Positions 38,545 to 49,000 of a DNA stretch of 64,000 nt are shown here, piece by piece; position 1 is the first letter of the stretch, and every line of letters starts with the position of its first letter. Made by a program: the position numbers and the translations under genes. Location of the stretch: positions 1 through 64,000 of the forward strand of contig NIVC01001855.1 in assembly GCA_002269645.1 (NCBI GenBank), in the 5' to 3' direction. The notes beneath the pieces were generated by a model. That model searched no databases and had not been told where the DNA came from. It saw only the letters and a list, made by a program, of their open reading frames with translations. Origin of the DNA: Macrostomum lignano. Lineage: Eukaryota.

Positions 38545-40020
38545 ATAAAGGGTGCCGGACTACATGAGACAGGGTGAAGGTGACAGGCTACAGAGACAGG
38601 GTGACAGGTTACAGAAGACAGGGTGCCGGACTACAGGAGACAGGGTGCCGGACTACATGAGACAGGGTGAAGGTGACAGGCTACAGAGACAGGGTGACAG
38701 GTTACAGAAAACAGGGTACCGGACTACAGGAGAAAGGGTGCCGGACTACAGGAGAAAGGGTGCCGGACTACAGGAGAAAGGGTGCCGGACTACAGGAGAC
38801 AGGGTGAGGGTGACAGGCTACAGAAGACAGGGTGACAGGTTACAGAAGACAGGGTGACAGGTTACAGAAGAAAGGGTGACAGGCTACAGAAGAAAGGGTG
38901 ACAGGCTACAGAAGAAAGGGTGACAGGCGACAAGAGACAGGGAGACAGGCTACAGAAGAAAGAGTGACAGGCTACAGAAGAAAGGGTGACAGGTTACAGA
39001 AGAAAGGGTGACAAGCTACAGGAGACAGGGTGACAGGCTACAGAAGAAAGAGTGACAGGCTACAGAAGAAAGGGTGACAGGCTACAGAAGACAGGGGTGA
39101 CAGGCTACAGAAGAAAGGGTGACAGGCTACAGGAGACAGGGTGACAGGCTACAGGAGACAGGGTGACAGGCTACAGGAGACAGGGTGACAGGCTACAGAA
39201 GACAGGGTGACAGGCTACAGAAGAAAGGGTGACAGACTAGAGGAGACAGGGTGACAGGCTACAGGAGACAGGGTGACAGGTTACAGAAGACAGGGTGACA
39301 GGCTACAGGAGACAGGGTGACAGGCTAGAGGAGACAGGGTGACAGGTTACAGAAGAAAGGGTGACAGGCTACATGAGACAGGGTGACAGGCTACAGGAGA
39401 CAGGGGTGACAGGCTACAGAAGACAGGGTGACAGGCTACAGGAGACAGGGGTGACAGGCTACAGGAGACAGAGTGACAGGCTAAAGAACACAGGACGACA
39501 GGCTAGAGGAGACAGGGTGACAGGTTACAGAAGACAGGGTGACAGGCTACATGAGACAGGGTGACAGGCTACAGGAGACAGGGGTGACAGGCTACAGAAG
39601 ACAGGGTAACAGGCTACAGGAGACAGGGTGACAGGCTACAGGAGACAGGGGTGACAGGCTACAGGAGACAGGGGGACAGGCTAGAGGAGACAGGGTGACA
39701 GGCTACAGAACACAGGACGACAGGCTAGAGGAGACAGGGTGACAGGCTACAGGAGACAGGGTGATAGTCTACAGGAGACAGGGTGACAGGCTAAAGAACA
39801 CAGGACGACAGGCTAGAGGAGACAGGGTGACAGGCTAGAGAAGACAGAGTGACAGGCTAGAGGAGACAGGGTGACAGGCTACAGAACACAGGACGACAGG
39901 CTAGAGGAGACAGGGTGACAGGCTACAGGAGACAGGGTGATAGTCTACAGGAGACAGGGTGACAGGCTAAAGAACACAGGACGACAGGCTAGAGGAGACA
40001 GGGTGACAGGCTGGAGGAGG
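38545..40020. repeat. 22-bp minisatellite
   Basis: Unit gggtgacaggctacaggagaca. Confidence 0.95.
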
Positions 40021-40376
40021 CAGGTAGCTCAATGACCTTAATTTTCGGTAATGAAATTAATTAACAAAAAAGGAATATCTATTAATTATTTCCAGCTAAA
40101 AGTGTCTAAAGAAGTCAGAATAAAAGAAAACATATATTTCATTTTCTAAAAACAAAATTGTCTATCTAGCTACTTATAGCAAAAGCTACTTAGTAGTACG
40201 TTAAAAAGTAGAAATAGAAGGCGTCCATGGTTAAAATTTTTTTAAATAATTGGTGTCTTTTCATAGAAGAAGCTTTGGAATGATGGTTCAGCATCGAGAA
40301 ATATTTTATATAGAAAGAAACTAGTAAAAATATAGAGTGATAAGTGATAGGGCATAAATAGGACGGTCTGATAGGC

Positions 40377-41175
40377 ATATAATGACCTGATGGGTAATAT
40401 AATGACCTGATGTGTCATATAATGACCTTGATTGGTCATGTAATGACCTGATGGGTCATATAATGACCTGCTGGGTAATATAATGACCTGATGTGTCATA
40501 TAATGACCTTGATTGGTCATATAATGACCTGATGGGTCATATAATGACCTGCTGGGTAATATAATGACCTTGATGGGTAATATAATGACCTTGATTAGTC
40601 ATGTAATGACCTGATGTGTCATATAATGACCTGATGTGTCATATAATGACCTGCTGGGTAATATAATGACCTTGATTGGTCATGTAATGACCTGATGTGT
40701 CATATAATGACCTTGTTGGTCATGTAATGACCTGATGGGTCATATAATGACCTAATGGGTCATATAATGACCTGATGGGTCATATAATGACCTGATGTGT
40801 CATATAATGACCTTCTTGGTCATGTAATGACCTGATGTGTCATATAATGACCTGATGGGTCATATAATGACCTGATGTGTCATATAATGACCTTGATTGG
40901 TCATGTAATTACCCGATGTGTCATATAATGACCTTCTTGGTCATGTAATGACCTGATGGGTCATATAATGACCTGATGGGTCATATAATGACCTGATGGG
41001 TCATGTAATGACCTGATGTGTCATATAATGACCTGCTGGGTAATATAATGACCTGCTGGGTAATATAATGACCTTGATTGGTCATGTAATGACCTTGATT
41101 AGTCATGTAATGACCTGATGTGTCATATAATGACCTCATGAGTCACACAATGACCCAAGGTGTCATACATGTATA
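40377..41175. repeat. 20/21-bp quasi-palindromic minisatellite
   Basis: Unit ataatgacctgatgggtcat. Confidence 0.95.
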
Positions 41176-41338
41176 ATGACCCACATAGGTCTTTTATTGA
41201 CCCAATAAATCACACTGCGGCCCCCATAGGTCATACCGCACAGGAAAAGGGTAAGACAATAGAAGAAGCATAAATAGAAGTCAGTAAGCTCAGGTGCCAG
41301 CATCAACACGAGGCACAAGTTAACTGAAGATTTCGCTC

Positions 41339-41647
41339 TCAGTAGCCATCGTATTTCGGCTGGTTGGCCAGCAAGGACCGCGTGAACTCCACATGAGCCT
41401 CATCCGTGTTGCGCGTCTCCAGAACCGCCCGCTGCTGCTCCATCCTGCCCATCCAGGACATCAGCGATTTCAGCCGCTCCTCGGGCACCTGGAAGCCAGC
41501 CAGCGAGCACGAAGGCTTCAGGCGCTCGAACCATGGCCAGATCATGAGGTCGGCCATCTGGACCGACTCGCTACCGGCGAAAAATTTTGAGTCGCCCAGA
41601 GTGGACTGCATCGACTCGAGCTCGGTGACCAGCTGCTCGAATGCCGC
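41339..41647 (-). CDS. GSTO: GST omega copy 2, exon 2
   Basis: Acceptor ccccgcag|41647 (phase 0). FFAGSESVQMADLMIWPWFERL...PKYDGY*. Confidence 0.92.
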   Translation of the reverse strand, partial: AAFEQLVTELESMQSTLGDSKFFAGSESVQMADLMIWPWFERLKPSCSLAGFQVPEERLKSLMSWMGRMEQQRAVLETRNTDEAHVEFTRSLLANQPKYDGY

Positions 41648-41794
41648 CTGCGGGGTGGCGAGTTTGGCGAGCCCGAATGTGCTTCAGGCTACCCTCACTG
41701 TGCTTCAGGCTTCCCCTCGCTGTGCTTCAGGCTGCCCTCACTGTGCTTCAGGCCAAATTGGTCTACTCAACTCTGATCTTCCGTACCTACAAAG

Positions 41795-42250
41795 CTACCC
41801 TACTTTACCCAAAGCTACCCCACCCTACCCAAAGCTACCCCACCCTACCCAAAGCTACCCCACCCTACCCAAAGCTACCCCACCCTACCCAAAGCTACCC
41901 CACCCTACCCAAAGCTACCCCACCCTACCCAAAGCTACCCCACCCTACCCAAAGCTACCCCACCCTACCCAAAGCTACCCCACCCTACCCAAAGCTACCC
42001 CACCCTACCCAAAGCTACCCCACCCTACCCAAAGCTACCCCACCCTACCCAAAGCTACCCCACCCTACCCAAAGCTACCCCACCCTACCCAAAGCTACCC
42101 CACTCTACCAAAGCTACCCTACCCTACCCAAAGCTACCCCACTCTACCCAAAGCTACCCCACCCTACCCAAAGCTACCCCATCCTACCCAAAGCTACTCC
42201 ACCCTACCCAAAGCTACCCCACCCTACCAAAAGCTACCCTACTCTACCCA
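41795..42250. repeat. 20-bp C-rich intronic minisatellite
   Basis: Unit caccctacccaaagctaccc. Confidence 0.97.
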
Positions 42251-42283
42251 TAGCTCCAAAAGAAAGGTAACTTAGCTCCATAC

Positions 42284-42748
42284 CTTCTTTTCATCGCCGC
42301 TAACTCCGAACAATCTGTAGAACGCGGGAATGACTTTCTCGCCCATCTGAGCGATCACGCCATCCATCTGCGCTCGCTTGTCGGCGTTGCTTGGATACAG
42401 AGCCGACTCGCGGTGAGTTTCCTCAAGGTGCCGGCTTGTAACTAAGGAGTCCTCAAGCACCGAGCCGTCGGGCTCCTGCAGAGCCGGCACTTTTCCGGAG
42501 GCCGACTTGGCCAGGAACCAGTCGGGTTTGCGCACGAGGTTCAGGTTGACAATCTGGTGGGGCAGCTGCTTGTGCTGCAGCACCAGGCGGGTGCGCTGGG
42601 CGAACGGGCAGAACCGCATGGAGTACAGAGTGAGCAGGTTGGGCTTGAGCTGCGGCTCCGGCTCCCCAGACTCCAAGTGTTTGGCCGTCTCCATCAGCAC
42701 ATTCTTGCCACGGCTGCTGCCCGTGCCGGCTTTGAGGGCTTGGCGATA
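42284..42748 (-). CDS. GSTO: GST omega copy 2, exon 1 (acceptor at 42749; first ATG at 42694)
   Basis: LYSMRFCPFAQRTRLVL...KPDWF...GKVPAL...DSLV. Donor aag|gtatgg at 42284/42283, phase 0. Confidence 0.92.
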
Positions 42749-42782
42749 CTGCAAAGTTCGGAGCCAATCAGCATTGATTAAG

Positions 42783-43302
42783 GGGAGTGGGGTGGCTGTG
42801 CGGGGACGGGGAGTGGGGTGGCTGTACGGGGAGTGGGGTGGCTGTGCGAGGAGTGGGGTGGCTGTGCGAGGAGTGGGGTGGCTGTGCGGGGAGTGGGGTG
42901 GCTGTGCGAGGAGTGGGGTGGCTGTGCGGGGAGTGGGGTGGCTGTGGGAGGAGTGGGGTGGCTGTGCGGGGAGTGTGATGGCTGTACGGGGAGTGGGGTG
43001 GCTGTGCGGGGAGTGGGGTGGCTGTGCGGGGAGTGGGGTGGCTGTGCGAGGAGTGGGGTGGCTGTGGGAGGAGTGGGGTGGCTGTGCGAGGAGTGTGATG
43101 GCTGTGCGAGGAGTGGGGTGGCTGTGCGAGGAGTGGGGTGGCTGTGCGAGGAGTGGGGTGGCTGTGCGAGGAGTGGGGTGGCTGTGCGAGGAGTGGGGTG
43201 GCTGTGCGAGGAGTGGGGTGTCGCTGTGCGAGGAGTGGGGTGGCTGTGCGAGGAGTGGGGTGGCTGCATGTGCGAGGAGTGGGGTGTCGCTGTGCGGAGA
43301 GT
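42783..43302. repeat. 20-bp G-rich minisatellite between GSTO copies 3 and 2
   Basis: Unit gagtggggtggctgtgcgag. Confidence 0.97.
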
Positions 43303-43592
43303 GGGTGACAGGCTACAGGAAACAGGGTGATAGGCTACGGAGGTCAGGGTTGACAGGCTACAGTACACAGGGGGACATTAGTCTACGTTGATAAAAATGG
43401 AAGGAGAAAGACACAAACGAGACTGTGATTTGTAATGCTGTAAATTACTATAATCAAAATATAGAAAATGTCTCTATAACATTGTAAACGGTCGATTTTT
43501 CTACGCTATTTAAAATTATAAGAGACACTCTACGGATGATAAATTATTATGAGTTAATAATTCACAATTGTAAATATCAATAAAAAAATCAG

Positions 43593-43904
43593 TCAGTCAA
43601 GGCCGTCATATTGGACCTCCTTGGCCCAGTAGGCCTTGAAGAAGGCCGCGTGCACATCGTCAGAGATACGAGTCTCTTTCACAGCCCGCTGCTGCTCCAT
43701 CCGGGAAGTCCAGCCCAGCAGTTTGTCGAACCTGTCCGCGGGCAGCTGGAAGCCCAGCATCTTTGCGGCGACCGGCAGCCGCTCTATCCAGGGCCAGATC
43801 ATCAGGTCGGCCATTTGCACCTGGTCGCAGTCGCCAAAAAAGTTCGAATCGCCCAGCTGGGCCTGCAGCTGCGTTAGGCCGGCGAGTAGCGACTCCCATT
43901 CGGC
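43593..43904 (-). CDS. GSTO: GST omega copy 3, exon 2
   Basis: Acceptor cccgccag|43904 (phase 0). FFGDCDQVQMADLMIWPWIERL...QYDGLD*. Total 251 aa. Confidence 0.92.
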   Translation of the reverse strand, partial: AEWESLLAGLTQLQAQLGDSNFFGDCDQVQMADLMIWPWIERLPVAAKMLGFQLPADRFDKLLGWTSRMEQQRAVKETRISDDVHAAFFKAYWAKEVQYDGLD

Positions 43905-43989
43905 CTGGCGGGTGACGGGTGAGATTCAAGTGACTTTCACTATGGCTAGTTGCTAGGAGCACTGCTGTAGGAGAAAAGCATAGGACTGG

Positions 43990-44325
43990 CAGAGGGGAAC
44001 AGGGGAAGATGAGATGAGAGGGGAACAGGACAAGGTGAGAGGGGAACAGGACAAGGTGAGAGGGGAACAGGGCAAGGTGAGAGGGGAACAGGACAAGGTG
44101 AGAGGGGAACAGGACAAGGTGAGAGGGGAACAGGGCAAGGTGAGAGGGGAACAGGGCAAGGTGAGAGGGGAACAGGGCAAGGTGAGAGGGGAACAGGGCA
44201 AGGTGAGAGGGGAACAGGGCAAGGTGAGAGGGGAACAGGGCAAGGTGAGAGGGGAACAGGGCAAGGTGAGAGGGGAACAGGGCAAGGTGAGAGGGGAACA
44301 GGGCAAGGTGAGAAGAGAACAGAGT
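43990..44325. repeat. 21-bp intronic minisatellite
   Basis: Unit gtgagaggggaacagggcaag. Confidence 0.96.
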
Positions 44326-44381
44326 GAGACGCACAGAAAAGTAGCAAAGCCAGAAGCAACAGAAGAGCATTCTGCGCCCAC

Positions 44382-44825
44382 CTTCTGCTCGTCTCCTCTC
44401 CGCATGGCCCATCGATAGAAGGCGGGAATGACGGAGTCGCCCATCTTGCCAACAGCCAAGCGCATGGCGGCCCGCTTCCTGGCGTCGCCGGGGTACAGCG
44501 GCGGCTCCGGGTGCGCGTCCTCCAGGTAGTCGCAGGTGACTAGAGACTCAATGAGAGTCCAGCCGTCAGGTTCAATCAGAACTGGCACTTTGCCGGAGGC
44601 CGACTTGGCCAGGAACCAGTCGGGTTTGCGCACGAGGTTCAGGTTGACAATCTGGTGGGGCAGCTGCTTGTGCTGCAGCACCAGGCGGGTGCGCTGGGCG
44701 AACGGGCAGAACCGCATGGAGTACAGAGTGAGCAGGTTGGGCTTGAGCTGCGGCTCCGGCTCCCCAGACTCCAAGTGTTTGCTGGACTCGAAAATGATGT
44801 TGGCGGGCTGCTGCTGGTTGCTCAT
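44382..44825 (-). CDS. GSTO: GST omega copy 3, exon 1
   Basis: ATG at 44825 (MSNQQQ...), CPFA active site. Donor aag|gtgggc at 44382/44381, phase 0. Confidence 0.92.
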
Positions 44826-44874
44826 TGCTTTTTTCAAGGACGGAGCACTGGAGTTTTGAGTCGGTTTTTTTTTA

Positions 44875-44882
44875 CTTTTATA
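44875..44882 (-). promoter_or_regulatory. Candidate TATA box of GST omega copy 3
   Basis: TATAAAAG on the minus strand, about 50 nt upstream of the ATG at 44825. Confidence 0.5.
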
Positions 44883-45069
44883 TGTGCGAGCGAGTTGGCT
44901 TTGCATGATGCGCGATTCGGATTGAAACGTAGTGTATTCTGATGCGGTTAAAATTACAGATGAGTAGGCAGGTGAGATTTTGGCGCCCGTAGACGTAGAC
45001 AGAAGAGAAGTAGACACAGAGACGCAGACAGGGAGGTAGGCAGCAGATAAGCTTGGTAGAATAGAAATT

Positions 45070-45590
45070 AGAGAGAAGTAAGGAGAGGAGAAGTAGGGAG
45101 GAGAGAAGTAAGGAGAGGAGAAGTAGGGAGGGGAGAAGTAAGGAGAGGAGAAGTAGGGAAGGGAGAAGTAAGGAGAAGAGAAGTAGGGAAGGGAGAAATA
45201 AGGAGAGGAGAAGTAGGGAGGGGAGAAGTAAGGAGAGGAGAAGTAGGGAGGGGAGAAGTAAGGAGGGGGAAGTAGGGAGGGGAGAAGTAAGGAGGGGGAA
45301 GTAGGGAGGGGGGAAGTAGGGAGGGGAGAAGTAGGGAGGGGAGAAGTTAGCAGGGGGAAGTAGGGGGAGTAGAGATGGGAGAAGTAGGGAGGGAGAAGTG
45401 AGGGAGTATGGGGAGTAAGGGGAGTAGGAGGGAGAAGTGGGGGAGAAGTAGGGAGGGAGAATTAGGGGTTGTAGAGATGGGAGAAGTTGGGGGAGTAGGG
45501 ATATAAGAAGTGGGGGAGAAGTAGGGGGGTAAGACAAGAAGTAGGTGGGGCAGAGGATTAGTCAGGAGAAGTGGGGAAGAGAAGTTAGTG
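45070..45590. repeat. Purine-rich degenerate repeat
   Basis: Units like ggagaggagaagtagggagg. Confidence 0.9.
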
Positions 45591-46009
45591 AAAGAATCGA
45601 CAGGTGAGAATAGAGCAATGATCGTGCAAAAATCTCACCTGGTGTATACTTAATTCAACTCAAAATTAATTCAACTTTTAAATCGGTTCTGATTAAGTTC
45701 GAAAACTTGAAATCCAAATTTTATTAAAGGCCGTTCTCTGTTAAAAAGTGGATTTGTCGCTTTACTTATCTAGCCAAAAATGTCTCGATATGTATGTACT
45801 CTACAATTTCTGTTAGCTAAATAAACACAGCGAGAACTGCGGCCATCGTTTTGCGCGCTATTCGTTGAGAGCTGGCAGACACGCAGTTCTCAACTGAGCT
45901 GTCTATTTTGAGTAAAGATTAAAAAACGTTTTGTATACGTATGCGGGCACAGATAGAAGGGCACGTCGCAGAGAGCAAATCTCTACTCATTCAATGACTG
46001 CGTAATGAA

Positions 46010-49000
46010 GGTGGTCTAAGGGTGATTCCCAGAGCAGTTCATGGACTGCTATTCTGCAATGGGGCTTTAGGGCGATTGTCAGAGCAGTTCATGGACTGCT
46101 ATTCTGAAATCGGGTTTGGAGCGATTCTTAGAAAAGTTCATGGACTGCTATTCTGAAATCGGGTTTGGAGCGATTCTTAGAAAAGTAAATGGACTGCTAT
46201 TCTGAAATCGGGTTTGGAGCGATTCTTAGAAAAGTTCATGGACTGCTATTCTGAAATCGGGTTTGGAGCCATTCTTAGAAAAGTTCATGGACTGCTATTC
46301 TGAAATTGGGTTTGGAGCGATTCTTAGAAAAGTTCATGGACTGCTATTCTGAAATCGGGGTTGGAGCGATTCTTAGAAAAGTAAATGGACTGCTATTCTG
46401 AAATCGGGTTTGGAGCGATTCTTAGAAAAGTAAATGGACTGCTATTCTGAAATCGGGTTTGGAGCCATTCTTAGAAAAGTTCATGGACTGCTATTCTGAA
46501 ATCGGGGTTGGAGCGATTCTTAGAAAAGTTCATGGACTGCTATTCTGAAATTGGGTTTGGAGCGATTCTTAGAAAAGTTCATGGACTGCTATTCTGAAAT
46601 CGGGTTTGGAGCCATTCTTAGAAAAGTTCATGGACTGCTATTCTGAAATCGGGTTGGAGCGATTCTTAGAAAAGTTCATGGACTGCTATTCTGAAATCGG
46701 GGTTGGAGCGATTCTTAGAAAAGTAAATGGACTGCTATTCTGAAATCGGGTTTGGAGCCATTCTTAGAAAAGTAAATGGACTGCTATTCTGAAATTGGGT
46801 TTGGAGCGATTCTTAGAAAAGTTCATGGACTGCTATTCTGAAATCGGGTTTGGAGCGATTCTTAGAAAAGTTCATGGACTGCTATTCTGAAATTGGGTTT
46901 GGAGCGATTCTTAGAAAAGTAAATGGACTGCTATTCTGAAATTGGGTTTGGAGCGATTCTTAGAAAAGTAAATGGACTGCTATTCTGAAATTGGGTTTGG
47001 AGCGATTCTTAGAAAAGTTCATGGACTGCTATTCTGAAATTGGGTTTGGAGCGATTCTTAGAAAAGTAAATGGACTGCTATTCTGAAATCGGGTTGGAGC
47101 GATTCTTAGAAAAGTTCATGGACTGCTATTCTGAAATCGGGGTTGGAGCGATTCTTAGAAAAGTAAATGGACTGCTATTCTGAAATTGGGTTTGGAGCGA
47201 TTCTTAGAAAAGTTCATGGACTGCTATTCTGAAATTGGGTTTGGAGCGATTCTTAGAAAAGTAAATGGACTGCTATTCTGAAATTGGGTTTGGAGCGATT
47301 CTTAGAAAAGTTCATGGACTGCTATTCTGAAATTGGGTTTGGAGCCATTCTTAGAAAAGTAAATGGACTGCTATTCTGAAATTGGGTTTGGAGCCATTCT
47401 TAGAAAAGTAAATGGACTGCTATTCTGAAATTGGGTTTGGAGCGATTCTTAGAAAAGTAAATGGACTGCTATTCTGAAATTGGGTTTGGAGCGATTCTTA
47501 GAAAAGTAAATGGACTGCTATTCTGAAATTGGGTTTGGAGCGATTCTTAGAAAAGTTCATGGACTGCTATTCTGAAATTGGGTTTGGAGCGATTCTTAGA
47601 AAAGTAAATGGACTGCTATTCTGAAATTGGGTTTGGAGCGATTCTTAGAAAAGTAAATGGACTGCTATTCTGAAATCGGGTTTGGAGCGATTCTTAGAAA
47701 AGTTCATGGACTGCTATTCTGAAATCGGGTTTGGAGCGATTCTTAGAAAAGTAAATGGACTGCTATTCTGAAATTGGGTTTGGAGCGATTCTTAGAAAAG
47801 TAAATGGACTGCTATTCTGAAATCGGGTTTGGAGCCATTCTTAGAAAAGTAAATGGACTGCTATTCTGAAATTGGGTTTGGAGCGATTCTTAGAAAAGTT
47901 CATGGACTGCTATTCTGAAATCGGGTTTGGAGCGATTCTTAGAAAAGTTCATGGACTGCTATTCTGAAATCGGGTTTGGAGCCATTCTTAGAAAAGTAAA
48001 TGGACTGCTATTCTGAAATTGGGTTTGGAGCCATTCTTAGAAAAGTAAATGGACTGCTATTCTGAAATTGGGTTTGGAGCGATTCTTAGAAAAGTAAATG
48101 GACTGCTATTCTGAAATCGGGTTTGGAGCGATTCTTAGAAAAGTTCATGGACTGCTATTCTGAAATCGGGTTTGGAGCCATTCTTAGAAAAGTTCATGGA
48201 CTGCTATTCTGAAATCGGGTTTGGAGCGATTCTTAGAAAAGTAAATGGACTGCTATTCTGAAATTGGGTTTGGAGCGATTCTTAGAAAAGTAAATGGACT
48301 GCTATTCTGAAATTGGGTTTGGAGCGATTCTTAGAAAAGTTCATGGACTGCTATTCTGAAATTGGGTTTGGAGCGATTCTTAGAAAAGTAAATGGACTGC
48401 TATTCTGAAATTGGGTTTGGAGCGATTCTTAGAAAAGTTCATGGACTGCTATTCTGAAATTGGGTTTGGAGCGATTCTTAGAAAAGTTCATGGACTGCTA
48501 TTCTGAAATTGGGTTTGGAGCGATTCTTAGAAAAGTTCATGGACTGCTATTCTGAAATCGGGTTTGGAGCGATTCTTAGAAAAGTAAATGGACTGCTATT
48601 CTGAAATCGGGTTTGGAGCGATTCTTAGAAAAGTTCATGGACTGCTATTCTGAAATTGGGTTTGGAGCGATTCTTAGAAAAGTAAATGGACTGCTATTCT
48701 GAAATTGGGTTTGGAGCGATTCTTAGAAAAGTAAATGGACTGCTATTCTGAAATTGGGTTTGGAGCGATTCTTAGAAAAGTAAATGGACTGCTATTCTGA
48801 AATTGGGTTTGGAGCGATTCTTAGAAAAGTAAATGGACTGCTATTCTGAAATTGGGTTTGGAGCGATTCTTAGAAAAGTTCATGGACTGCTATTCTGAAA
48901 TTGGGTTTGGAGCGATTCTTAGAAAAGTAAATGGACTGCTATTCTGAAATCGGGTTTGGAGCGATTCTTAGAAAAGTAAATGGACTGCTATTCTGAAATC

